Virus record (IMG/VR): IMGVR_UViG_3300046832_000271
Coordinates: 1 to 43,861 of that record
Length of the DNA stretch: 43,861 nucleotides
Origin: a virus
Taxonomy: Duplodnaviria; Caudoviricetes
Direction: 5' to 3' (one strand)
Shown: piece by piece, positions 17,400-26,154 of the stretch
How the letters are laid out: the number at the start of each line of letters is the position of its first letter
Numbering within the stretch: position 1 is the first letter of the stretch
Position numbers and translations under genes: made by a program
The notes under the pieces: generated by a model
Database searches by the model: none
Told to the model about the DNA's origin: nothing
The model's input: the letters and a program-made list of their open reading frames with translations, nothing else

Positions 17400-17593
17400 T
17401 GGGAGATGATGCCGACGTAGCCAATGATTTAATGCAATATGCAACAGACGTGGCCATTCACAATGCGTCAGCCGAAGCCCATAAGATTGTAAATAGTACT
17501 GGACAATGTATATGGTGTGGTGATAAAGTTAAAGATCAGAAGCGTTGGTGCTCAATAGAGTGTAGAGATGAATACCAAAGATATAAGAAGTAA
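17396..17593 (+). CDS. C4 zinc-finger protein, TraR/DksA-like N-terminus
   Basis: DDADVA motif; CIWC...WCSIECRD. Confidence 0.65.
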   Translation: MMGDDADVANDLMQYATDVAIHNASAEAHKIVNSTGQCIWCGDKVKDQKRWCSIECRDEYQRYKK

Positions 17594-17618
17594 AATTAAA
17601 CAAAATAGGAGAAAAGTT

Positions 17619-17858
17619 ATGGTGTCAACAGACTATGATTTATTTGACAAAGAACAGTTTAAAATTTTTCGTAAGAATGCAAGAAAAGGATATCACTTTT
17701 TTAGGCCTGATACAGTAGGCACACCTACACCACGTTCCGCACGTGAAGCATGGGGTGGCGTATATAAACCAGATCTCACAGATAAATATGAAACACGCAA
17801 TGGAAGAATTATGTTTGTAGTCATAACACTTGTATTAATAGGACTATCCATACTTTAA
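17619..17858 (+). CDS. Membrane-anchored hypothetical protein
   Basis: Start MVSTD after AGGAG; PRSAREAWG motif; C-terminal TM helix. Confidence 0.65.
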   Translation: MVSTDYDLFDKEQFKIFRKNARKGYHFFRPDTVGTPTPRSAREAWGGVYKPDLTDKYETRNGRIMFVVITLVLIGLSIL

Positions 17859-17865
17859 AGTCAAC

Positions 17866-17937
17866 GGGCGAAAGCACTTTATTTATATATGAAAATTCGT
17901 GATGGTATTTTTGCTATTATATAACCGCGAGTAGCCC
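17866..17937 (+). ncRNA. Candidate structured RNA: hairpin with loop-E (GAA/AGUA) motif
   Basis: GGGC-GAA-AGC ... GC-G-AGTA-GCCC closing stem; inner TTATATA/TATATAA and AAAAT/ATTTT pairing. Confidence 0.5.
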
Positions 17938-17945
17938 ACCAAATT

Positions 17946-18037
17946 CTCACAATGCAAGTGAGGGTCATAGTGCCTCCTTAGTAATTATGACCGTGTCAAT
18001 ACGGTACCGCTATCTACCGTTTGCATAGGGTAGCACC
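17946..18037 (+). ncRNA. Candidate multi-hairpin RNA/5' leader of polA with anti-SD loop
   Basis: CTCAC/GTGAG, GGTCATA/TATGACC (loop CCTCCTTA), ACGGTA/TACCGT or GCTATC/GGTAGC stems. Confidence 0.45.
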
Positions 18038-18053
18038 AATTTAAAAGGAAAAT

Positions 18054-19919
18054 ATGCAACTAGTTACACTAGACTTCGAGACCTACTACGATGTAGGTTT
18101 TTCTCTTTCGGGTTTAACTACGGAAGAATATATTAGAGACCCAAGATTCCAAGTCATCGGCGTAGGAATTAAGATTGATGATGGCGAATCACGTTGGATA
18201 ACAGGAACTCACAATGCAATCAAACAAGAACTTGATCAAATCAATTGGAAAGAGTCTGTCCTCTTATGCCACAACACACAGTTCGACGGTGGTATTCTTT
18301 CATTCATTTTTAATATCATTCCTAGTATCTATTTGGATACGTTGTCTATGGCACGGGCTGTGCATGGCGTGGACGTGGGTGGCAGCCTTGCTTTTCTTGT
18401 GGAGAAATACAATCTAGGTCGTAAAGGTACGGAAGTTATCGATGCTAAAGGTAAACGATTAGAAGATTTCAACCAAGTAGATTTAGCACAATACGGTGAG
18501 TATTGTAAGAACGACGTAGAACTTACATACAAACTATTCCAAGTTTTAGCCCCTGAGTTTCCAGAGAACGAAATTAAGTTAATCGATTTAACACTACGCA
18601 TGTATACCGAGCCAGTCCTAGAAGTCGACGACGCCTTATTACAAGCTAGGTTAGAAGAAGTACAGACAGAAAAGTCAGAGTTATTAAAAGGCTTGATGAC
18701 AAGATTAGAATGTGATACAGAAGAATGTGTTCGAGGAAAGTTAGCGAGTAATAAACAGTTTGCTGAGATACTTCAAGAACTAGGTATCACAGTGCCACTC
18801 AAGGTAAGTCCGGCGACAGGTAAGGATACATTTGCCCTAGCTAAAGGTGACCAAGGTTTCTTAGACTTATGCGAACACGAGGATTTATATATTCAAGAAC
18901 TTTGTCGCGTTCGGTTGGGTACTAAATCAACTATAGAAGAGTCTCGCATCGAAAGATTCCTAGGTATTGGGGCGCGTAACAAAGGCAAACTACCTATCCC
19001 GTTGAAATACTATGGCGCACACACAGGACGTTGGGCTGGTTCTGACAAAGTTAATTTCCAAAACTTACCAGCAAGAGATAAGAAAAAGAAAGCCTTAAAG
19101 AATGCCATCATAGCCCCTGAAGGACATAAAGTTATAAACTGTGACTCCTCTCAGATCGAGGCTAGAGTCCTAGTTTGGTTAGCCGGGCAAAATGATATTG
19201 TCAAATGGTATGAAGAAGGTCGCGATGTATATTCAGAATTTGCATCTAAAGTTTATAACAAACAAATTACAAAGAATGATAAGACGGAAAGAGCGGTAGG
19301 CAAGACATGCATTTTAGGTCTAGGTTATGGTACAGGATCGGCTAAACTACAACAGACACTCAAGATATCAGCCGGTGTTATTATGGATGAGCAAGAATGC
19401 AAACGTCTTGTAGGTGTTTATCGTGAAGTTAATAACAAAGTTATGGACTTATGGAAAGCATGTGATGAAGCGTTACAAACAATGTCAGCATGGCCTAAAG
19501 ATAAAAAGCCTTATTACTTAGATACCCACAATGCTTTACTTGTTACACCAAAAGGTATACGACTACCCAATGGATTGTACATATACTATCCTGGCCTCAC
19601 GTGGGATGTATCAGAAGCTAAATCTAAATTTGTATATAAGTCAAGACGCGGCATGATATCAATTTGGGGTGGATCTGTAGTCGAGAATGTGGTACAAGCG
19701 TTAGCTCGTATTATTGTAGGAGAACAGATGATAGAAATTAATAAGAAATACCGACCTGTGCTTACTGTTCACGATGCGGTAGTCAATGTTGTTCCAGAGA
19801 CAGAAGTGGAAGAAGCTCTCTCCTTCATTACGTCCACTATGTCAACTCCTCCTATCTGGGCAACAGGGCTACCCGTAGCGTGTGAAGCTAATCATGGAGC
19901 AAGTTATGGAGAGTGCTAA
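18054..19919 (+). CDS. polA: DNA polymerase family A with 3'-5' exonuclease
   Basis: Exo I LDFET, Exo II HNTQFD, Exo III YCKND; HTGRWAG; motif A DSSQIEAR; motif B RAVGKTCILGLGYG; motif C VHDA. Confidence 0.95.
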   Translation: MQLVTLDFETYYDVGFSLSGLTTEEYIRDPRFQVIGVGIKIDDGESRWITGTHNAIKQELDQINWKESVLLCHNTQFDGGILSFIFNIIPSIYLDTLSMARAVHGVDVGGSLAFLVEKYNLGRKGTEVIDAKGKRLEDFNQVDLAQYGEYCKNDVELTYKLFQVLAPEFPENEIKLIDLTLRMYTEPVLEVDDALLQARLEEVQTEKSELLKGLMTRLECDTEECVRGKLASNKQFAEILQELGITVPLKVSPATGKDTFALAKGDQGFLDLCEHEDLYIQELCRVRLGTKSTIEESRIERFLGIGARNKGKLPIPLKYYGAHTGRWAGSDKVNFQNLPARDKKKKALKNAIIAPEGHKVINCDSSQIEARVLVWLAGQNDIVKWYEEGRDVYSEFASKVYNKQITKNDKTERAVGKTCILGLGYGTGSAKLQQTLKISAGVIMDEQECKRLVGVYREVNNKVMDLWKACDEALQTMSAWPKDKKPYYLDTHNALLVTPKGIRLPNGLYIYYPGLTWDVSEAKSKFVYKSRRGMISIWGGSVVENVVQALARIIVGEQMIEINKKYRPVLTVHDAVVNVVPETEVEEALSFITSTMSTPPIWATGLPVACEANHGASYGEC

Positions 19920-20550
19920 TAAAAAAGAATTGAAAAGGTTGTACGATATAAAATATCGGGCTAAAAACAAAGAAAAAATACAGGCTAGAAATAAAGTTTA
20001 TAGGGCAAAAAACTTAGATAAAATAAAAAAATATTTAGAGTCTAAAAAAGAAATAAGATCAATTCAACGTAAAGAATACTATCAAAGAACTATAGATGCA
20101 CAATTAAAAAGACATAAAAAATATAGACAAGAAAACAAAGATAAAATATTAGAACGTAGTAAAAAACGATATCAAGAGAAAAGAGAAGAAATACGAGTTT
20201 ACGGCAGACTACAATATAGAAAACATAAAGATAAAAAATTAGCCCAAGGAAGAAAATGGGCTAAAGAAAATAAAGAAAAGGTTAGCGCTTATTGGGGCAA
20301 ACGTAGGGCAGATAAACGCAATCGAACACCTAAATGGTTATCTAAAGATGATTTATGGATTTTGGAAAATGCTTACGAGTTAGCTCATATTAGGAGTAAT
20401 ATGTTTAAATTTAAATGGCATGTAGACCATATTATTCCATTAAGGGGTATATCTATTTCAGGATTACATGTGCCTAATAATATACAAGTAGTTCCTGCAA
20501 GTTGGAATTTACGGAAAAGTAATGTACTAATAGAAAGGTTCTTTGGGTAA
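19906..20550 (+). CDS. HNH homing endonuclease with basic repetitive N-terminus
   Basis: WHVDHIIPL.G..ISGLHVPNNIQV...N..KSN; likely start MESAN at 19906. Confidence 0.85.
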   Translation: MESANKKELKRLYDIKYRAKNKEKIQARNKVYRAKNLDKIKKYLESKKEIRSIQRKEYYQRTIDAQLKRHKKYRQENKDKILERSKKRYQEKREEIRVYGRLQYRKHKDKKLAQGRKWAKENKEKVSAYWGKRRADKRNRTPKWLSKDDLWILENAYELAHIRSNMFKFKWHVDHIIPLRGISISGLHVPNNIQVVPASWNLRKSNVLIERFFG

Positions 20551-20552
20551 GT

Positions 20553-20960
20553 ATGGAGCATCCTAGTAAAAAAGCATACAGGGAAAAGAATAAAGAGAAA
20601 ATTTATGCGAGGGTTAAAGCATGGAGACTAAAGTACCCTCATAGAGTATTGATGAATAGCGCTAGACAAAGAGCAGTTAAACGCGGATTAGAATTTAATA
20701 TAGAAGCTGTAGATGTTGAGATTCCTGTTACCTGTCCTATATTAGACATACCGATTATTAAACATATATGTGTAGATGTACGATCAGGACCACATAATAA
20801 TTCTCCTTCTATAGATAGGATAGACAATACTAAAGGATATACAAAAGGAAATATTCAAGTTATTAGTCACCAAGCTAATACAATGAAAGGCAATGCAACT
20901 CCCGAAGAGCTTATTAAATTTGCAAAATGGATATTGAAAACTTATGAAACCGTATTATGA
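20553..20960 (+). CDS. HNH-type endonuclease
   Basis: CPIL...SPSIDRIDNTKGYTKGNIQVIS..AN.MK. Confidence 0.8.
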   Translation: MEHPSKKAYREKNKEKIYARVKAWRLKYPHRVLMNSARQRAVKRGLEFNIEAVDVEIPVTCPILDIPIIKHICVDVRSGPHNNSPSIDRIDNTKGYTKGNIQVISHQANTMKGNATPEELIKFAKWILKTYETVL

Positions 20961-21453
20961 AATAGGTACTAAATCAACCATAGCTCAGGAAGTATTAGAC
21001 TATGCGTTTAGTTCGTCTCCATGGTTTCCTTACTATAACTTTAATGCTAAACCTATACCGCCAGAGATTGTGGCTAAAGACAGTTTCTTAAGATGGCTGC
21101 ACGCAAGGTATGAGTTTCTTGTAGGAGTTTTAAAACTTGACCCTTATATTTGCTATGATTGGCATACAGACACAAGACGTGGCGTCGGCATCAACATGTT
21201 ACTTACACCACACGCCAGAAGTATATGCGCGTTTACTCACAATAGAGAAGACCCAGTATTTAAAATAGAAGAGTTACAATATAAACCCGCTACATATTAT
21301 TTATTTAACACGCAAGTATCACATACCGTGTATAATTTTGAAACGACGCGTTATCTTATGAGCATAGAATTTGCTAAAGATAAAAACGAATTAACCTTCG
21401 AAGACTTAGTAAAAGACATGAGGAATAACTATGAAAAAAACTGCGCAGAATGA
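20944..21453 (+). CDS. Putative 2OG-Fe(II) oxygenase / DSBH-fold protein
   Basis: WHTD (HxD), distal HTVYN and TRY.MS fit the HxD...H...R pattern. Confidence 0.5.
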   Translation: MKPYYEIGTKSTIAQEVLDYAFSSSPWFPYYNFNAKPIPPEIVAKDSFLRWLHARYEFLVGVLKLDPYICYDWHTDTRRGVGINMLLTPHARSICAFTHNREDPVFKIEELQYKPATYYLFNTQVSHTVYNFETTRYLMSIEFAKDKNELTFEDLVKDMRNNYEKNCAE

Positions 21454-21595
21454 TGTAACAGGAGATTGGTTACATAGCAAACCAAACAATGAAATGTTTG
21501 AAAAGAATTTTGATTTAATATTTAGAAAGAAAAAAGAGTTACCTGAGTATGAATTAAATAAATCCACAGGTGAAGTTCAAAAGAAAGAAGACTAA
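21431..21595 (+). CDS. Small conserved phage protein (54 aa, not in ORF track)
   Basis: MKKTAQNDVTGD...NFDLIF; GAGGA RBS; TAATG coupling to next gene. Confidence 0.6.
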   Translation: MKKTAQNDVTGDWLHSKPNNEMFEKNFDLIFRKKKELPEYELNKSTGEVQKKED

Positions 21596-22236
21596 TGAGT
21601 TTTTTAGTAGCTAACATTCCACCTATTAAATGTTTTGTTCGCAAAGAGTTTTTATATAATCACGAGTCAGGCCAAGGAGAATTAGAACCTTGTGTATGGA
21701 TGACTGCTAAAGCAATTAAAGGACAAGCGTTTCGTATTGAATCAATGCTTACAAACTACGGCGCACTCTATGACAAGCTACCCATATCCGCTTATGTATG
21801 GAAAGCGGTTGATAACCCCTTACCCTTAGACTATTTACAAATATGGGATTGTTTATCTTACGATATGGCGGTGATTGAGAAATCAAATTTACGCGGATTA
21901 AAAGTTAAATTTTATGGCAAGGATAGGCAGTTTCATTTTGGTAATTATTTATTCACGATTGATTTTGCTTCTTCTAATTCTAATATAATTGATACAACTT
22001 TTAGTGAAGGCGTTGAAGAACATAAGTCTTATAATTTTATTAAGTTAGATAACGGACAATTTGCATGTCAACCTAACAATAGATGCTTATGGTATGATGT
22101 TTCTCTTGTACCCGCGGAACTAAAGACGCCTGATTTTAAAATACCTACCGAAGTTTATAGTGTAGAAAATCATGCCAAGTGGAGTGCTAAAGATAAATGG
22201 TTTTATGACTTTGAAGAAATTAAGAGAACAAACTAA
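21595..22236 (+). CDS. Conserved phage hypothetical protein
   Basis: ANIPP, LPISA, LQIWDC, LDNGQFACQPNNR motifs. Confidence 0.75.
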   Translation: MSFLVANIPPIKCFVRKEFLYNHESGQGELEPCVWMTAKAIKGQAFRIESMLTNYGALYDKLPISAYVWKAVDNPLPLDYLQIWDCLSYDMAVIEKSNLRGLKVKFYGKDRQFHFGNYLFTIDFASSNSNIIDTTFSEGVEEHKSYNFIKLDNGQFACQPNNRCLWYDVSLVPAELKTPDFKIPTEVYSVENHAKWSAKDKWFYDFEEIKRTN

Positions 22237-22892
22237 TGGCTAATTTTACATGGTCGTACTCATCCCTCAAGCAATATCAAAACTGCCCCAAACAATATTA
22301 TGAAATTAAAGTAGCACAAAACTTTGAGGTTATCCCTTCAGAGAAAATGATTTATGGAACTGAAGTCCACAAAGCTTTAGAAGATTATGTTAAAGACGGC
22401 AAAGAATTAGCAGTAAACTATATAAGATTTAAAGGGGCTGTTGATGAGCTTATTGCTATTCCTGGCGAGAAGTATGCGGAGTATGAGATGGCTTTGGGTA
22501 AAGACAAGTCGCCCTGTGCGTTTGACAATCCTGATCGTTGGGTACGTGGCATTGTTGACTTGCTTATTGTTGATAATGACTATGCTTTCATTGTTGACTA
22601 TAAAACCGGTAGTAATAAGTATCCTGACCCTAAACAACTTCGCTTAATGTCTTTAATGACGTTTGCTCACTTTCCCCAAGTCAATAAGATTAAAGCAGGT
22701 CTTTTGTTTGTGATGCACAATTCATTTATTACAGAAGAATACGAGAGAAAAGATATAGATAAATCATGGGATAAATTTAAGGGGCCACTTGAGAGATTAA
22801 ATAATTCTTATGAAACAAATAGTTGGCCTCCTAACTATACGCCACTATGCAGGTATTGTCCTGTTAAGACTTGTGACTTTAACCAAGGATGA
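22236..22892 (+). CDS. PD-(D/E)XK exonuclease, Cas4/RecB-like
   Basis: WSYSSL...CP, G..VH..LE, RGIVD, IVDYKTG, QL, C-terminal C..CP...C. Confidence 0.9.
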   Translation: MANFTWSYSSLKQYQNCPKQYYEIKVAQNFEVIPSEKMIYGTEVHKALEDYVKDGKELAVNYIRFKGAVDELIAIPGEKYAEYEMALGKDKSPCAFDNPDRWVRGIVDLLIVDNDYAFIVDYKTGSNKYPDPKQLRLMSLMTFAHFPQVNKIKAGLLFVMHNSFITEEYERKDIDKSWDKFKGPLERLNNSYETNSWPPNYTPLCRYCPVKTCDFNQG

Positions 22893-22904
22893 TATAATAA
22901 CGCT
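22890..22904 (+). promoter_or_regulatory. Extended -10 promoter, probably leaderless
   Basis: TG-A-TATAAT 22890-22898, 6 nt before ATG 22905. Confidence 0.5.
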
Positions 22905-23207
22905 ATGCCTTTCGTTAATAAACCAAGACCTATTTATAAAGACTCCCCGTTAGAACATAAGAAACGGATGGAGCGTCAACGTGCACGCCGTGCAATTGAT
23001 AAAAAATATCCTGATAAAAATGGTAATGGTCAAGCAGATATTAGAGAAGGTAAAGATGTATCCCACAAAAAAGCTCTTGACAAGGGAGGTTCAAACAAGG
23101 ATGGATATTTTGTCCAAGATGCAAAAAAGAACCGCTCATTTAAAAGAGATTCCAAGCACAACTTAGTGTCTGAAGCAAGTAAAAGAGAACGAAAAAAAAG
23201 ATACTAA
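22905..23207 (+). CDS. Small HNH-like endonuclease
   Basis: GKDVSHKKAL.KGG.N...NRS motif. Confidence 0.65.
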   Translation: MPFVNKPRPIYKDSPLEHKKRMERQRARRAIDKKYPDKNGNGQADIREGKDVSHKKALDKGGSNKDGYFVQDAKKNRSFKRDSKHNLVSEASKRERKKRY

Positions 23208-23212
23208 GAAAT

Positions 23213-23259
23213 AGTAAATTAATACTTGACATCCTTCTAGAACCTGATATGATACTAGA
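23213..23259 (+). promoter_or_regulatory. Sigma70-type promoter P3, probably leaderless
   Basis: TTGACA 23226-23231, TG-A-TATGAT 23245-23253, 6 nt before ATG 23260. Confidence 0.6.
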
Positions 23260-24825
23260 ATGGAAATTATACAAAACACCGCATTAAAAATTACAGTACC
23301 GGAACACATCGTTCCACACATTACAGACAACATTGCTAAGTCTGAAGTTGTAGAACGCAATGGTAACTTAGCTGAGATGGTTATATTTTGGGATGTTCCA
23401 GAGATGACTAGGCTCAACCAGATTGTTTCTTTCCGAAACAATTTACCCTCACCAATTAAACGAGATTATAACTACCCAGGTTTATATAAACCTTTTGATC
23501 ACCAACGTGTAACTTCTGAATTCTTAAGTATCAATCACAGAGCATTCTGTTTTAACGAAGCCGGTACAGGTAAAACTTCTTCAGTCATTTGGGCAGCTGA
23601 TTATCTAATGACGCAAAAAATAATTAAAAGAGTTCTTGTGATATGTCCTCTGTCTATTATGTATTCTGCATGGCAAGCTGATATTTTAAATACGGCTATG
23701 CATAGATCTGTAGCAGTGGCACATGGCCCTGCTCATAAAAGAACTAAAGTTATACAAGGTCCGTACGAGTTTGTAATTATTAATTATGATGGTGTAGCTA
23801 TTGTTAAAGACGATATTATTAATGGCGGATTTGATTTAGTTGTGATTGATGAAGCCAATGCATATAAGAGTCCTTCCACTGCGCGCTGGAAAACCCTAGC
23901 TAAATTACTTAAACCTGAAACAAGACTATGGATGATGACAGGTACACCTGCGTCTCAATCACCAGTCGATGCATACGGCCTAGCTAAACTTGTGTGCCCT
24001 CAGAACGTACCTAAGTTTGCTATGGCATGGCGGGACAAAGTTATGTATCAAGTGACTCGGTTTAAATGGGTTCCTAAACCTAATTCTAAGAACGATGTAT
24101 TTAAAGCATTACAACCGGCTATTCGATTTGCTAAAGACGAGTGTCTAGATTTACCTGACGTACTTTATACAACGCGTGAAGTTCCGCTTACACCACAAGT
24201 CCAGAAGTATTACAAAATGCTTAAAGAACAAATGATGATTGAAGCCGCTGGCGCACAGATTAGCGCAGTCAACGCTGCAGCAGGACTTAATAAACTATTA
24301 CAAATATCAGGTGGTGCGGTATACACAGATACTAAAGAAGTATTAGAGTTTGATGTTCAACCACGTCTCACAGCTTTAATGGAAGTTATAGATGAGACAG
24401 AACACAAAGTTATTATCTTTGTTCCATATAGGCACACAATTGAATTAGTAGCAAGATATTTAGAAGATAAAGGTATTACTAATAAGATTATTCAAGGTGA
24501 CGTGTCAGCCACACAACGTGCTAATATCATTAACCAATTTCAAACAATGGAAGAACCAAGAGTGTTAGTGATTCAACCACAATCTGCATCACATGGTGTA
24601 ACTTTAACCGCAGCTAACACAGTTGTATTTTGGTCTCCGGTGATGTCCGTTGAAACGTATCTACAATGTATTGCACGTATGGATCGCGTAGGGCAAGTAA
24701 ATAAAATGACAGTAGTACATTTACAAGGTTCAGAAGTAGAGAAGAAGATGTATGCCATGTTACAAGGCAAGGTAGATTTACATACAAAATTAGTTGATTT
24801 ATATCGAGAGGAGTTAGGAGCATGA
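23260..24825 (+). CDS. SNF2-family (SF2) DNA helicase
   Basis: GTGKT, VIDEA, MTGTP, HGVTLTAA, Q..AR.DR.GQ motifs. Confidence 0.92.
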   Translation: MEIIQNTALKITVPEHIVPHITDNIAKSEVVERNGNLAEMVIFWDVPEMTRLNQIVSFRNNLPSPIKRDYNYPGLYKPFDHQRVTSEFLSINHRAFCFNEAGTGKTSSVIWAADYLMTQKIIKRVLVICPLSIMYSAWQADILNTAMHRSVAVAHGPAHKRTKVIQGPYEFVIINYDGVAIVKDDIINGGFDLVVIDEANAYKSPSTARWKTLAKLLKPETRLWMMTGTPASQSPVDAYGLAKLVCPQNVPKFAMAWRDKVMYQVTRFKWVPKPNSKNDVFKALQPAIRFAKDECLDLPDVLYTTREVPLTPQVQKYYKMLKEQMMIEAAGAQISAVNAAAGLNKLLQISGGAVYTDTKEVLEFDVQPRLTALMEVIDETEHKVIIFVPYRHTIELVARYLEDKGITNKIIQGDVSATQRANIINQFQTMEEPRVLVIQPQSASHGVTLTAANTVVFWSPVMSVETYLQCIARMDRVGQVNKMTVVHLQGSEVEKKMYAMLQGKVDLHTKLVDLYREELGA

Positions 24826-25253
24826 GCGAAGAATTAGAACAACCGGTACATGAAAGTCCAAAGCTAGACGAAATGGTTAAAGCGTATATTGCCATTAGAA
24901 CAGCTAGAGAAAACTTGTACAGGCAATATAAAACAAAGGACAATGAATTTAGTTCTGAGTTAACCCAACTTGAACAAGTAATGATAGACGAATGCAATGC
25001 TTTAAATGTAGAAAGTGTTAGAACTAATAACGGTACTATTACAAAGACAGTTAAAGAACAATTTGCATGTAACAATTGGGATGAGTTTAAGCAGTATGTT
25101 TTAGAACATGGCGCGCTAGAGTTATTACAACGACGCATCCATGATGGCAATTTTGCTGAGCACATGGCAAACCATGAAGGTGAAGGACTACCACCTGGTA
25201 TTAGTTCAGTAAGAGCGTTTAGTGTAGTAATAAGAAAACCAACAAGTAAATAA
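24822..25253 (+). CDS. Conserved replication-module hypothetical protein
   Basis: YIAIR, SVRT..GT, LLQRRI, LPPGI motifs; AGGAG RBS. Confidence 0.75.
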   Translation: MSEELEQPVHESPKLDEMVKAYIAIRTARENLYRQYKTKDNEFSSELTQLEQVMIDECNALNVESVRTNNGTITKTVKEQFACNNWDEFKQYVLEHGALELLQRRIHDGNFAEHMANHEGEGLPPGISSVRAFSVVIRKPTSK

Positions 25254-25263
25254 GGAGAAGTAT

Positions 25264-26145
25264 ATGAGTACGGATTTAATTAGTCAGTTACAACAAAATT
25301 CATTAGCGTCACCTAATGGCCTTAACCAAGATACATTGGCTGTTGCAGGGCGCGCTAATAATAGAAAGATTTCAACGGAAGGTCGTAAGTTCACGATGCT
25401 TGTGAATGGTAACGAAGTAGCATCATCACCAGTAAATGGTGAAATGGATATTGTCTTTGTAAAGATGGCGCATACACCATGTAGAACTTTATATGATAGT
25501 ACGTATGTTCCAGGCAAAAAAGCTAAGATTATCTGTTGGGCAAGCGATGCTAGAACGCCCGATCCCGAAGTTAGGAATAAACAAGCTGCGGCATGTAATC
25601 AATGTCCACATAGTATTAAAGGTGCTGCACAACAATGTAAGCTTACATGGAGAACTGCGGTAGTTACACCTAATAAACCTACTGAATTAATTCAATTAAT
25701 TCTTTCACCTAAGTCATGTTTTGGTGATGAGGTTAATGGTGGTCGTCCGTTCCAAACATATATTAGATACCTAGCTGCAAGTGGTATTAATAATAACGCT
25801 GCGGTAACCAAGATGTATTTTGACCCAGCTGCTACGTATCAGAAGTTATTATTCTCACCAAGTGCGCCTGTGCCTATGGAGTTAATTCCAGTACTAACCG
25901 AATTAGCTAATTCAGAAGAAGCGCAGAACTATGTCAAACTTTCTATCTATCAAGAGAAGGAAGAAGAAGATATGTTAGCGGAACCAGTTGTCCCTAATGT
26001 AGCGCCGACAACAACCACTGCTCAGCCAACTGCACCAGTTGCAGATGTAATAGAACCAGTGTTAAGAGAATCAACTGTTCAACAACCGCAGGCACCTAAA
26101 GCTGATGTGAGTAGCATCATCAATAAGTGGGCTGCTAAATCATAA
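25264..26145 (+). CDS. Putative single-stranded DNA-binding protein
   Basis: CxxCP zinc motif, flexible P/A/T-rich tail ending in W; lies between helicase and primase. Confidence 0.55.
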   Translation: MSTDLISQLQQNSLASPNGLNQDTLAVAGRANNRKISTEGRKFTMLVNGNEVASSPVNGEMDIVFVKMAHTPCRTLYDSTYVPGKKAKIICWASDARTPDPEVRNKQAAACNQCPHSIKGAAQQCKLTWRTAVVTPNKPTELIQLILSPKSCFGDEVNGGRPFQTYIRYLAASGINNNAAVTKMYFDPAATYQKLLFSPSAPVPMELIPVLTELANSEEAQNYVKLSIYQEKEEEDMLAEPVVPNVAPTTTTAQPTAPVADVIEPVLRESTVQQPQAPKADVSSIINKWAAKS

Positions 26146-26154
26146 GGAGTTATC

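Noticed and set aside
17946-18037. tRNA or hammerhead ribozyme
   Set aside because: No TTCGA T-loop, no canonical cloverleaf, no CTGATGA/GAAA core
18054-20960. Intron or intein splitting polA
   Set aside because: PolA ORF is continuous with all motifs; the HNH genes lie downstream and are free-standing
22236-22892. Cas4 as part of a CRISPR system
   Set aside because: Solo Cas4-like exonucleases are common in phage replication modules; no other cas genes or array
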